Of a DNA stretch of 64,000 nucleotides, positions 1 through 12,997 are shown one piece after another. Numbering within the stretch: position 1 is the stretch's first letter; each line of letters opens with the position of its first letter. A model generated the notes under the pieces. That model saw only the letters and a program-made list of their open reading frames with translations. It was not told the origin of the DNA and searched no databases. A program made the position numbers and the translations under genes. This DNA is from Bugula neritina (lineage: Eukaryota > Animalia > Bryozoa). The stretch is taken from assembly GCA_964035545.1 (NCBI GenBank), contig OZ037765.1:9558698-9622697 (forward strand). Direction: 5' to 3'.

Positions 1-312
1 TACTACTGATAAGTTATCACTTTCCTTATGCATTACGGTGATTTTCTACCTTATGCTGTCTGACCTGAGCAAACAATGCCCTACGCAGAGGCAGTGTGCA
101 AAGCATATTTCTATTTTCTAGTGTAGGCCTACAAACATTTATTATTTGTAAATTATTAGTATACTGAATAACATACACTTTTTGTACTGCATTTATTGCA
201 TTGAAATGTCACTAGCACATGTATTTTGAAGACTTGAGTAATTAATGCAGCAATAATTAAGATTTATAGAAATTCTTCTTCCAATGAGGTCTAATGACTT
301 TGCTGCCAACAG

Positions 313-3300
313 GGTCCTTGATGGACGAGGATGCTGACGGAGGGGTGTCGGAGCGAACGCAATCATTCACTACTGCCAGAAATCTACTAGTCTCTGCTGC
401 TGATGCTATTGAGAGAATAATCTCAAGCTATAAAGAGGTTGGTATGACTCGTCTGTAGGTAGCATGCACAGCAGGTCATAGCATGCACAGCAGGTCATAG
501 CATGCACAGCAGGTCATAGCGGGTCATAGCATGCACAGCAGGTCGTAGCTAGTATGTCACAGGGGATTTCTTATTATGGTTCATTAAAGTTATTGTTATT
601 TAAGTCATCGGCTTGAATAGCAATACTCTCTTGCATGTCAATATACAGTCTCTAAATAGCATACCAGTATAAGAATTAGAAAAACAGAGAAAGAGATGTT
701 GACAAATGCTTAAAATAAAGAGCTTAGGTCTTACTGTGTAGCCGATATATTACAGTGTGAAAAATGAAGGGCTGTGCTTTTCACTTAAGTATTTACTATT
801 GTAACTCAAAATGAAATAAAATTATTGCTAAAAATCTTTGACATTAATATATTTGCATAGAAATTGAAAGTTGGCTACAATAGTACTCTAGATACTTTTC
901 TAATTGGAATGATGTAACAATTCCGAGTTCTTAAATGTAGCAGTATAGCTGCTGTACATATTTCTTGCCAATGCTATAGGCAACTGAGTATTATAAAAAT
1001 TCAAATTCTTGTACCATCAATATTTATTTGGCTTTCTTGGCATTTAATTGCATGTATATCAAAATAGACATTGTGCTAACCTGATACTCAATCAGGCACA
1101 ATGGATATAGTTATAAGTGCAAAATTTAAACATGACCAGCAGAATCATACACTCAGCTAATTAGATTACTCCTACACTCTACAGGAACGTTTTAAAGTAT
1201 TTGTTCAGCATATTAGTCTGTACAAAACTTCTGTGCAAAGTTTTAACTATTTTTCTATACAGAAATCCACTCTGTGTGGCAGTTGCTTAACCTTCTAATA
1301 ACTAATGCTAATAGCTTTGTTTGTTGACAATTGTCTACATACTTTTTATGTAATGAGTTGTTGTCTACTGGTTACTCTGGGTAATGCTTGAGATTGCTGA
1401 TTGTTGTAGATAACCGAATTGGCGGGCTATACTGCTCGTGTCTCACAAATGTTCCGGGTATTTAAAGAAGTGTCTGAGGCTCATTATGTTAGGAACACAG
1501 TCCACCAGTCAAAGCCTAAGCATGGGCATTTTAAGCACAAAGACAAAATTATTGATACTGCGGAACCCAGAGGTGAGTTGTAATTGCTAAGATGGTATTT
1601 TTAGTCAAATATTCTTCTATTTATTCTTTGTCTTGCTTTTATCACAAGGTTATGCAGTGGTACTATGAAGACAGTTACAGGTTACTCTGTTTATTAAAGT
1701 TTTTTTGGGAAAATTTGAGCGTTTATAAAACTGAGTTGGTTTCGGTTTACATAAAAACCATGCTGCCATTTTCTTATTCTCTCAACTATACAATAAGTAG
1801 AGCAATGGACATAAGGATATTATAAAGATGATATATGGTGTGCTCATATTGAGAACAAGATGATATTATGAGGCCAATTTGGCAGCAAATAGGGTAGATC
1901 ACAATTGTAGTGTGTTAACATGATTTACAGGTACAGTAATAAGCAATGAAAGCTCATCCATTACACTGCAAGATGTGCCTGTAGTCACTCCGACTGGAGA
2001 TATCATTGTGAGCCGACTTTCCCTGGAGGTTTGTTTCGTTTATTATAACAGTTAACTTTGACTATCAACAGCTGGAAGCTTGAAATAGTTAATATTTTTC
2101 TGAAAATGAAGGATATTCGACAAAACGTCTTATTATAAGTTCTAAACAGTATAGTCATCTGTAGCAAATTGAGCTCCTTTTGATTATGAGAATTTTGAGA
2201 CATACATGGTAAACATAATATTGCAAGTATGTTGTCTATCTAATGCCGTACATTTCTGTTAGATCAAGCATGGCACCCACCTTCTCATATCTGGCCCGAA
2301 TGGGTGTGGCAAAAGCTCCATGTTTAGAATAATGAGTGGCTTATGGCCCGTCTATTCTGGTACTCTCTCTAGGCCCAGAGATGCAAGTCTCTTCTACATT
2401 CCTCAGAAGTATGTTTTAGCTGTTATTGTTGATTTTCTATGTTCATCTGAAATTTTGTGACATGAAAAATTTGAAAAAATTTATTTAAGAACTATTTTGT
2501 CGAACTCTTTATACTATTTTTTGTGCATTCTTGTCAAGTGGTTCTAAAAGAAATTTTCGAATTGCCGATTTCTTGGAAAATATCTCTCCACCAAGATACT
2601 GTTGACTAATAATTTGTTCAAGCTCACAGCTTTGATTTGTGAAAACTGGATTATGCACTTTAGCAGTTTGCATATTTATTTAGCTTGCACATCATATACA
2701 CATTATCCACTTATTCTAGGCCATATTTGGCTATTGGAACACTGCGAGACCAAGTGATTTACCCAGACACCGTAGATGAGATGCAAGCTAAAGGCATTAC
2801 TGACCGAGATCTTCAAGATATTCTGGATATCGTAGACTTAAATTCTATTGTTATTAGAGAAGGAGGTAAAAAATTAACCAGTCAAACAATACCAAGTCTC
2901 ATGTACCTCTTAAATGGGTTTTTTGGAGAATTAATTTTTCTACTTTGCCTGCTAATCTCGTTTTATATTGTAATCAGCATGTTAATCAGCATCTTTTATT
3001 GCTGGGCAGGCTGGGACACTATTTCCGACTGGCATGACGTACTGTCTGGTGGTGAGAAGCAACGTATGGGTATGTCAAGACTGTTTTACCACAAGCCGCA
3101 GTATGCCCTTTTGGATGAATGCACTAGTGCCGTGTCTATTGACGTGGAAGGAAAGATTTACCAGACGGCTAAGGACCAGGGAATCACTCTGTTGACAATA
3201 ACTCACAGACCTTCTCTCTGGTAAGTCACTTCAATGTTTCACAATTAGTTTCAGAATTTTAAATATTTGAAAATAATTTTTCAATGATTGAAAAGTATAT

Positions 3301-3814
3301 GTGAACATTTATACTGGAAATATTGAATTTCTAAAATAAATACTTAAAAAGATTTTGTATAACCACCGGAACAAGATATGTGACAATGTAGGCAATGAAA
3401 TAGACCAGTCAGCTATTCTTTTTTCACAAAAGTATATGTTTTCTTATTGTGTTTATTGTTTACTAATTTGATTAAATGCCTTCATAATTTTTTAAGCCCA
3501 GATTAAAGCTTCCGTACTTTTGAAATTTCTTTTATAAAATCTATGGATTTGTTTCACTGTTTTGCAGGAAGTTCCATACCCATCTGCTGCAGTTTGATGG
3601 GGAAGGTGGCTGGACATTGGAGCAGTTGGATACGGAGAAACGCATGAATATGAATGAAGAGAAGCATCAGTTGGAGACGCAGCTAGCTGGAGTACCGCAG
3701 ATGCACAGACGACTTAAAGAACTGTGCAGTCTACTCGGTGAAGACTCGCAGCTACTGCATGTTGAGAGTATACCCAATCTGTCAGAGCTAGAGCTGTCCA
3801 CTGAAAGTGACTAG
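313..3814 (+). CDS. ABCD2: Peroxisomal ABC transporter subfamily D (ABCD1/ABCD2-like), 3' part; 5' exons lie upstream of the window
   Basis: Exons 313-437, 1410-1572, 1931-2028, 2263-2408, 2720-2865, 3010-3220, 3568-3814, all GT-AG and in frame. Peptides [31 protein letters not shown]|[11 protein letters not shown], Walker [16 protein letters not shown], signature LSGGEKQR, Walker [40 protein letters not shown]. Invertebrate co-orthologue of ABCD1/2, so the symbol is approximate. Confidence 0.95.
461..549. repeat. 19-bp intronic minisatellite (AGCATGCACAGCAGGTCAT), ~4.5 copies
   Basis: Head-to-tail copies with no spacers, one partial unit, just inside the ABCD intron after exon 313-437. Confidence 0.9.
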
Positions 3815-4936
3815 TAGCTGTACTTCTCACTCAACTTCCCGCACTCGTGTTCTATAAACAGATGTGGGCAACTCTGGTTCATTTATTGTACTTATTTATT
3901 TTGTAGCTGGGTAAACATTTTGTTTCTTTATTTTATGTTGACTGATATAAGTTTAGTTTTATTGTTTTACAGTCACAGCTGTATTTCACTGGCTGAAATA
4001 GATTAAACACATGGTGCTTGTTGTACTTACGTAGTCATGCGAAAGCAAATCTAGAATATTACATTTTAACATCAGTTTTATGATAAGCAGTTTACTTTAC
4101 TGCCAACATGAATTATAAGTTTTGACTGCTGATCATTCTTCAATCTTTGTTCAACAATAACGGGTCTACTTGGTACTGTTTATAAATTTTGTTATATTAG
4201 GTAATAGATTGGTTTCTTTAATTTTAATGTATTTTCTCGCAAATTAAATACAAATTTCATTTTATGATTGAAAAATGCATGAAATTTAAGAGTTAAAAAT
4301 TTTACCAAGTGATAGGCACTGGCTTTGAATTTAATTTGTTTATTGTCTGTAATTTACTGCTGCAATGCTCACCAGTATTATGACTAAACTAAGATATGAA
4401 TTCCCATTTTCATAGCTACTCTTTAAATTGTTTTCATTTGTTGATTGTTAGGTTGCATAATGAGTAGAAGTTTATTTCACAATTAACTAAAAATAAATGC
4501 TCTCATTTTAATAGAGATACAATTTTTATTATTTCACCTAAAATGTTGCTATGTTGCAATCTTGTACAATTGGTGTGAACTTGATATTTGATTATTTTAT
4601 GTCTACCTGAAGGGTTGATCATATTTTATTAGAGCCATAAGTTTCTACTAATGCTATAAATGACAGCATAAAATTTATAGCGAATGAACTATAAGTAAAT
4701 ATGTGATTTATTCACTTTTAGTCTTTACCTCTGCAAGGGGCTGCATATTTGAGGATGAGAGGCAGGGGGACAATTCCAATTATCATCAACGGTCCTACCA
4801 AAGTACCAACCATTAGAGTGATTAGACTATAGGGTTTAGGGGTTAGAGCATGTAGTCATGTTTATATAACAGTTAAGCAGTTAAAATGTTGAACTAAATG
4901 AAGCTTTACATGCTTACACATTAAACATATTTATGA

Positions 4937-5385
<449 letters not shown>

Positions 5386-5458
<73 letters not shown>
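5386..5458. repeat. (AT)n microsatellite
   Basis: Perfect dinucleotide run immediately 3' of the hammerhead. Confidence 0.98.
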
Positions 5459-5461
<3 letters not shown>

Positions 5462-5920
5462 GTGTATTTTCATAAATTAATTAAGGATGTTGGACAAATA
5501 TTATAATGTGCATGTGTATAATTATTCGACTTGGCTGTTTTATAAAATATGAATATAATTATTATGAAATGGCTCTCTGCCAGCATACAGATGAACTAAT
5601 ATGACACTGAAAAAACTTGGTCATTGACCTCAACTCCCACCAGGTTTAACAATAATATAGTAATCAACGAGATTATATTTGAAAAGGCTTTTTCTGAAGT
5701 TTAATAGCAATATTTACATATTTTTTACACGTTCAGTCATAGAATTACTTTCTCAATCTTTGGGGTAAGATAACTCTACGTTATCTTAGCGTAAGATAAC
5801 CTTTACGTTATGCAAGCCTTGGACAAAAACCTCTGCATTCTGCAAAACCGCATGGTTGCGAGTTTGAGTGCAGTTGGGTCAAAATCTGAGAGTGGGTGAG
5901 CTTTATGTTTTTTGTCATTT

Positions 5921-6377
5921 TGCAAATATTTTTTTAACCAACAACCAATACCATGATAGTAATAATAAAAACTGTGCATGCTTACCTTGATTGAAATAAT
6001 GATGAATATGAAACTGATTAGGCGTAGCCCTATTACTATTAGTATTCAATTTCATATTCTAATTCATCATAACCATTATTAAAGTCAAGGTAAGTATGAG
6101 TATCACTTTACTTTTAGAAGCAGTAATGGAGAAATTAATATAGCCTAATTCTTTTATATATTTTGGGGCGCGGGTTGACCTTCTTGCGAGAACATAACTT
6201 TTTTGCTACATTTCTAATCTAGAACACGGGCTTTTCTCAATTTCTCCGTTACTGCACCTGGCTATCACTTTAAGTTAATCAGTATCACTATCAGTAGGAG
6301 TATGCACAGTTTGAGTTTTTTTTATCACATTCATCATTTATGGTATTAGTTGTCAGTATGAGTAAAAAATATTTGCA
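5921..6377. mobile_element. Old degenerate inverted-repeat (MITE-like) element whose right arm is interrupted by insertions
   Basis: Left arm tgcaaatattttt..acaaccaataccat..aaactgtgcatgcttaccttga..aataatg (5921-6001) is mirrored by cattatt..tcaaggtaagtatg (6074-6098) plus cacagttt..atggtattagttgt..aaaaaatatttgca (6305-6377). Confidence 0.6.
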
Positions 6378-7450
6378 TCTTAATTGTATCTTATTAATAC
6401 TAATACTAATACTAATAGTAATACTAATAGTTACAACATCAACATGCTAATATTAATAAGTAATAGTAATACTAATACTAATAGTAATAGTAATACTAAT
6501 ACTTATACTGTAATAGTAATATCAATATGAATATGTGCTTTTACCTTTGTTTGAATTATTAAATTTAATCATTATTCGTTATGATTATCATTATTCATTA
6601 TGAATTAGAATATGATGATTATTTAATTGGCACTAAGTCTAACGACTAACAAGGCATAATGATAATCATTATCACAGACATACTCAATCTCATACTGAGA
6701 GTGAGTGATACTCGTACTCATAGTCATAGTCATAATAATAATGTTAGTGTTACTCTTAGTGAGGCTATAAATCATGTAATAAATGTTAATAAATCACACT
6801 GACACTCATAGGAACTTTAATTCAATAGTAAATTTAAGTTAAAGCTAAAAATGCTCCCAACTTCCAGTTCCAAGTTTTACATTTGGTTTTGCATCTTAAA
6901 CTTAAAATTTAGCTGCTTATTTACTGTTTGTATAAATACTACATTTAATTTTACTATATGAGTGTGTGTAGCTATATTGCTATAGATATAAGAATTACTA
7001 ATACTATTGCCACATAAACACTGAAAGTGGACTACTAAAATAATCACAGTGAAAGTAACACTAACAGTTACACTTACAGCAATAATACTAATAGTAATAG
7101 TAAAAAAGTATGAGTATCATAAATTTAAAATTGAACATCATTGTAACAATAATATTAATTATAATTATATGTATTGCAATCAAATTTAATGATTATGGCA
7201 ACAAATAAGCCATAAAGTTCAAGCTACAGCTATAGTTGATGTTGTTTCTTTTAGTTTCACTCAGATCTTAGACTTTCACTTTATTAAGTTTCACCATGAG
7301 TTTTTAGGTCACTAGTTATGGTGTGCACATAAACTTTTTTAAAGTTTTAGTTGTACTCAAGCAGTTAGCATTGGAGTTAAGACTTAGCATCAATATAATT
7401 GAAGCGAGTATAAATATCAATGACTCACATAATGGGATACTCATAAGTTG
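5940..7450. repeat. Cryptic 6-bp periodic low-complexity domain 1, (ANT-NNN)n
   Basis: Runs such as actaat actaat agtaat actaat; agtatc actatc agtagg agtatg; actcgt actcat agtcat agtcat. Confidence 0.75.
6117..6259. mobile_element. MITE family A copy 1 (TIR ~GG(T/A)GCAGTAATGGAGAAATT)
   Basis: Ends gaagcagtaatggagaaatt ... aatttctccgttactgcacct; internal sequence shared with copies at 33663 and 41540. Confidence 0.8.
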
Positions 7451-8555
7451 AAGGGTAGACTCAACTCATCTCTGTTGAGTTGGCTAAACTAAAATAAAAA
7501 AAATCACAGAAAAAGAAATCATTCTGACTTAGGTTTTGTTGATAGCAATAGTTGTCAATAATTTTCCAGGTTTAGTTTTTAACCAAATTTTGGTAGTTGG
7601 CAAGACCCTTCGTAACTTTTATAATTATAATTATTATAGAGCTTTAGAGTCATTGACCTAGCAGCACCAGTGTTATATTATAGGGCAGAGTACTGCACTT
7701 GATGTCGGCCATTGCTGGCATGGCATTTGACGTTATGGAGATTTTAATACATGCAAGGCTTGGTGAACTTGCAAATGGTTTTTATTGCTCTCACTGAAGT
7801 TATTTCACTTCATGTGACACTAGCACAAACCCTCTTAACCAATAAATTTTTTTCAAACAACAGGTTCAATAGTCTTGATATGAGCCAATGTCACTCTATT
7901 ACCTATGCTAATAATTGCTGACTATGTTAATGATTATATGGAGACATTACTGTAATATGAAAACGCCTCCATCTTAGTGTAACATGATAATTATGTAAAC
8001 TATGGGCTGCTATGGCTTTGGACTCCTGTCAACCAATTTACATTAATGGTAACTCTAAGGGTAACATGACTGGTTTAGCAGTGAACACACCTATTGAAAG
8101 TTTTTATGTTTTTCCATGTCTGTGCTTAAATTAGTGGAAAATTTTAGCTGCAGATGAGCCTAGTGGGGTTTTAACAGGACATTATGTCTATTATTCAACT
8201 TTTCAACCAGCTTCGTATTTGCAAGATTGGTTTGAAGGAGATTCTTTCAATTTCTAACTCGCTGCTAAATAAATAATTGTAATCATATTTTAGGTTGAAA
8301 TGTTGTGCATTTTGTAGTAGGCAAAAAATTAGTATGGTAGGCAAAATTATTATCTTAATTTCACTTTATAGTGGCAAACTGCAAGCATGCAGGCAAAGCA
8401 CATCAGCCCTCTATTTTAATATACAATAGCGATTTTAATTAATGTGGATTTTAACCCAACGTTCTTTAGCTTTCTGTAGACAAACTATAACTTGTCACAT
8501 GGTGATTAATTTCGCAATATGGAGTAATTGTGCCGTTCTTCGAATTAGGAGTGCT

Positions 8556-11426
8556 AATAGAGGGGTTTCAGACATCCCTCTAGGGGAATTTGTATTTTAA
8601 AGTTGTCTCCCCCTACAGGGATTGGGGGCAGTCTCGATGATATATAGAAGGCCCATAAAATAAGTAGAAATGTAAGGTTTGAGTGAAGACTACTACTAGT
8701 ATAAGTTTCATTTTTTCTGAGATTAATATTTTGGCATAAATACACATATGAGCAGTTTCAGAAATTTTTTAAAAATTTTTGTTAATGATGAATGGCACAA
8801 AAACAAGACTTCAAAGCATATTTGTGGTTTTGGTTATTGAGCAAATCTGAAGCTGGCAGCTGTCATTATTATTTGCTTTGCTGACTGTAACCAGTCTGTT
8901 TAGAGCTGCTAACCTTTCAACTCTTAGAACAATAATAACATGCTCGTACACTATATAGCTGCACTAGTGGGCTCTGTCTTACTGAACTTCAAACGCTCCA
9001 AATTATGGGTTGGAACACATGCCTGTAGGTTTATGAAGGCACTGGCTCATTTGTATTAACATGTTCACGTACTTACACACCTATACTATGAAAATAACTA
9101 AGCCACCCTACTATCTAATATTTCTATATATTAAAAAAATTATTATAAATATAAGGATATGTATTAAAATAGATAGATTAAATTTGTAATTTCAAGCAAC
9201 ATCTTATCTAAAAATGCCAAACACTGTATAGCTATATATATGTTTTAAAAGCATTTGTTTACATGGCATGCCTGCAAGTCAATGAAAATATTTAGAGAAC
9301 AGTAAAAAGAAGCATATAAATTTCAGAATAGTTTCTTCTTTTCTGAGATGAATATTTTGGAAATGTCCCACAATTCAACTTTTAAATTAAGTCTGTAAAA
9401 TAATTTTTCACAGTGTATTCTCAATGAATAATTATTCTTGCAAGCTGGTTTGTGTTTGTTCTGGCATGCCATTTTACAGTGGTCTAGTTAACTAGGTCAA
9501 AGTTCATTGAGGTGGAATAGTTTTATTAACCTCAGCGTGTTGATAAAATACTATCATTGGATTTAGAGCTTCTCTAAGCAACTTCACAGTCTGATTAAAT
9601 ATCTGCGATAGCTGCCTAGTAGACAATCCAAACCTAAAAAAATAATATACTAAATTCTTGTATTACATGTATGGATGAAAAATAATGCAACAAATTAGCT
9701 AAAGCATGTTCAAGTAATGTGAAAAACTCGAAATATAAATGAGTCAAACTAGAGCTAGTCAAGTGTGTGGTGTTTTTGGCCGATTTATATGTGTTGTTTA
9801 ATCAGCTTATTATGTAGTGATGTAATCCTATATAATGTAATTTAAGTTAGACGGCTAAAGTTGGACAGTTCTCATCTTGCACTTTCTTAAACAAGCAGTT
9901 ATGTAATATCGAGAGACAGCTACTCAACAGAGAGCTTCAAGCAAACACAATTCTTGCAATGAGGTTGATTGAATACATAACAGCTGCTGTTATTCTTATA
10001 GCAGCATGCATTGTGTAAGAGATAGCCTGATGGTTCACATAGTTTACATACAGTGACATACCACTGAAAATTATTAGAAACCACAGAAAAGATATAAAGG
10101 AGAGAATGCTGGCACAAAGGAAGTATAGCAATGTGGTCAAATATATGGCTGAAAACTGACCTAGAGATAAATAAGTACAAAATGTACATAACATAGCTAA
10201 ATCAGCAAAGCCAAATAATTTGATATAAAAAGTATTATCTGGGAATTTAGTGAAACTTAGTAGCATTATTTTAAACTCCACCTTTGAGCAAGATCGTATG
10301 GAGTACAGCCAATCTTAATTTCATTAGTGTCATAAGAATGCAGTCATTATGACATAGTTCGTTCTTTCTATACTTTACAGCTGGTACTAAATGTACATTT
10401 CAACTCTTTTTTGGAAACAAGCCAAGTTGATTTGACTGAAAAGTGCTTTTTTTGATGATTTTTTTCTGCAATGCAGCAGTATATAATTTACAATGCTCCA
10501 AAAACATTTCTGTATTAGGAATGTTGGTATACAAGCAGCTTGCAAGAATAATTATTTATTGAAAATACACTGTGAAATTTTTTTTACAGATTTAATTTAA
10601 ATGTTGAATTGTGGGACATTTCCAAAATATTCATCTCAGAAAAGAAGAAACTATTCTGAAATTTATATGCTTCTTTTTACTGTTCTCTAAATATTTTCAT
10701 TGACTTGCAGGCATGCCATGTAAACAAATGCTTTTAAAACATATATATAGCTATACAGTGTTTGGCATTTTTAGATAAGATGTTGCTTGAAATTACAAAT
10801 TTAATCTATCTATTTTAATACATATCCTTATATTTATAATAATTTTTTTAATATATAGAAATATTAGATAGTAGGGTGGCTTAGTTATTTTCATAGTATA
10901 GGTGTGTAAGTACGTGAACATGTTAATACAAATGAGCCAGTGCCTTCATAAACCTACAGGCATGTGTTCCAACCCATAATTTGGAGCGTTTGAAGTTCAG
11001 TAAGACAGAGCCCACTAGTGCAGCTATATAGTGTACGAGCATGTTATTATTGTTCTAAGAGTTGAAAGGTTAGCAGCTCTAAACAGACTGGTTACAGTCA
11101 GCAAAGCAAATAATAATGACAGCTGCCAGCTTCAGATTTGCTCAATAACCAAAACCACAAATATGCTTTGAAGTCTTGTTTTTGTGCCATTCATCATTAA
11201 CAAAATTTTTTAAAAAATTTCTGAAACTGCTCATATGTGTATTTATGCCAAAATATTAATCTCAGAAAAAATGAAACTTATACTAGTAGTAGTCTTCACT
11301 CAAACCTTACATTTCTACTTATTTTATGGGCCTTCTATATATCATCGAGACTGCCCCCAATCCCTGTAGGGGGAGACAACTTTAAAATACAAATTCCCCT
11401 AGAGGGATGTCTGAAACCCCTCTATT
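8556..11426. mobile_element. 2.87 kb fold-back element: ~900 bp inverted arms around a decayed transposase fragment
   Basis: Arm 8556-9453 is the reverse complement of 10531-11426 (the same 63-aa ORF appears in the track at 8554..8745 - and 11237.. +). Outer ~820 bp look almost identical where compared; inner ~70 bp carry several mismatches. No clear TSD. Confidence 0.85.
9505..10440 (-). pseudogene. Degenerate intron-split transposase fragment, HTH_Tnp_4-type helix-turn-helix (PIF/Harbinger/ISL2EU group)
   Basis: Minus strand: ...NELCHNDCILMTLMKLRLAVLH(1-nt frameshift)DLAQ R | intron 10281-9634 (GT...tttttttAG, phase 2) | FGLSTRQLSQIFNQTVKLLREALNPMIVFYQHAEVNKTIPPQ*. Fits the consensus L..EDQLLLTLMKLRL.....DLAxRFGIS.STVSRIF...L...I.WP....I...P. 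Confidence 0.75.
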
Positions 11427-11755
11427 TTAAGTATATAATTATTTTGGTATATCTTCAAAAGCTACTTTCTAGTTATTGTCTATTTATAACTTGTAAAGGC
11501 TACCAGCATACAGTGGTGCCAATATCTCACTTGCATCTTATACTATAAATATATACTATAAATATAGAATGAATAGCTCATCGGGTAGTCTAATAGATAT
11601 ATTAGTCCAGTATATATTTTTTATTTTCAAATGAAATCTCAACATTTGTAATTCAGTTGCTGTTTAAAACCAGGTTGTAGATTGTACAATACGAATGTAA
11701 CAATTTATATTAATGTGTTTATGTTTTGCTTGAATTAACAACATAAGAGTCAACT

Positions 11756-12741
11756 ATGGAAGCTTTATCTAGCCTGATCAAAGTCTCATTGGCTAACTAT
11801 ATACAGAATTTGCCTATTCCAGACAGCTTCTTTGGAATACTTTCATTATCCAGTATGTATTTAATTTTTATAAATTTACAATTAATTTATTTGCAATATG
11901 TCTGCAAATATGCACTAAACTCAGTGCAGTTGTATATATCAAGGCTTTACCTTGTCCAAGTTACTTCAGTGATGATTATACCTATAAATTATATTTTTCA
12001 TTCATAAAATTTAAATTTACTGAAGTGTTTTTTTATAGAATTGGTTAAAAATTATAGATCTTTAAATAAGAAGTAGTCTCCATCCAAATATTACACTTTA
12101 GCTTGAAGTCTTAAATGCTCTGTCAATAATTAAATAAACTTCAATTAACTCGCCTTTTACTGATTGTCCTTATCATGGTTCTATTTTTAGTCAAGGACTG
12201 GCTATATATGACTCCATTTGTTGGAGGAATTGGGTTTGTAGGATTTCTCACATACAGATTTCTACGACCCTCTCAAATTTGTAATCCTTCAGTGAACAAA
12301 GCAAGTAAGAAGGTTGTAGATATTATTGATATCGAGGACATGACGAGTGATAAAGTTAGCTATTGCAGATGCTGGAGATCTAAAAAGGTAAGGCAACTAT
12401 GGCAAGATTTTGCTTGAACTATGCCAACTTATATTTACAACGTTTTAATGGATTAATGATAATAGACATGTTTTGTGGCTGTGTCCCAAATATGCAGGCA
12501 CAGCTCTTATTCTGAAAATTGCTGTGAAGTTTGCATTTTTTTGTCACACAAGAGCACATTGTATTACAAGTATAATTGGTTAATACAGTTTTAATAGATG
12601 CTTGTTTGCTACCAGACATATTTGCTATTTTTACGTAATTGTCTCATTTTGTAGTTCCCGCTTTGTGATGGGTCACATAACAAGCACAATGAAGATACTG
12701 GTGATAATGCAGGACCACTTGTAATTAAAAAAAATTCATAA
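11756..12741 (+). CDS. CISD2: CDGSH iron-sulfur domain protein 2 (NAF-1/Miner1-like), 126 aa
   Basis: Exons 11756-11852, 12191-12387, 12655-12741 (381 nt). N-terminal YIQNLPIPDSFFGI..KDW, TM segment, YCRCWRSKK|FPLCDGSHNKHNEDTGDNAGPLVI. Confidence 0.97.
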
Positions 12742-12997
12742 CTATGACTGGAAATGAAATGCTGGCGAAATGAAATGCTGGCGAACTACATTATTCCAAG
12801 GGTTTTAATGACTATGCAAAAATTTAGAGTGGTTATTCTGCAAGTTTGATTTTATTTGTGAGAATTGATGTTCATAAATTTAGTTCTTCAGCATTTTTAC
12901 GCATTTAGTTGTTATTGATTCTCTTATTAAAATATACAAGTTTATATTATATTTTCAATATATGTTTATTTACTATATTATTTTTATATCTATACAT

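Noticed and set aside
461-549. 19-bp repeats as a CRISPR-like array
   Set aside because: Units are contiguous with no unique spacers; eukaryotic intron; no cas genes.
8407-8425. CCCTCTATTTTAA copy as a target-site duplication of the fold-back
   Set aside because: It lies ~130 bp outside the left arm and matches the element terminus rather than flanking it; too short to interpret.
9937-10281. 114-aa hydrophobic ORF in the fold-back spacer as a cargo membrane protein
   Set aside because: Starts at the GT donor and lies within the inferred transposase intron; composition reflects T-rich sequence; no recognisable motif.
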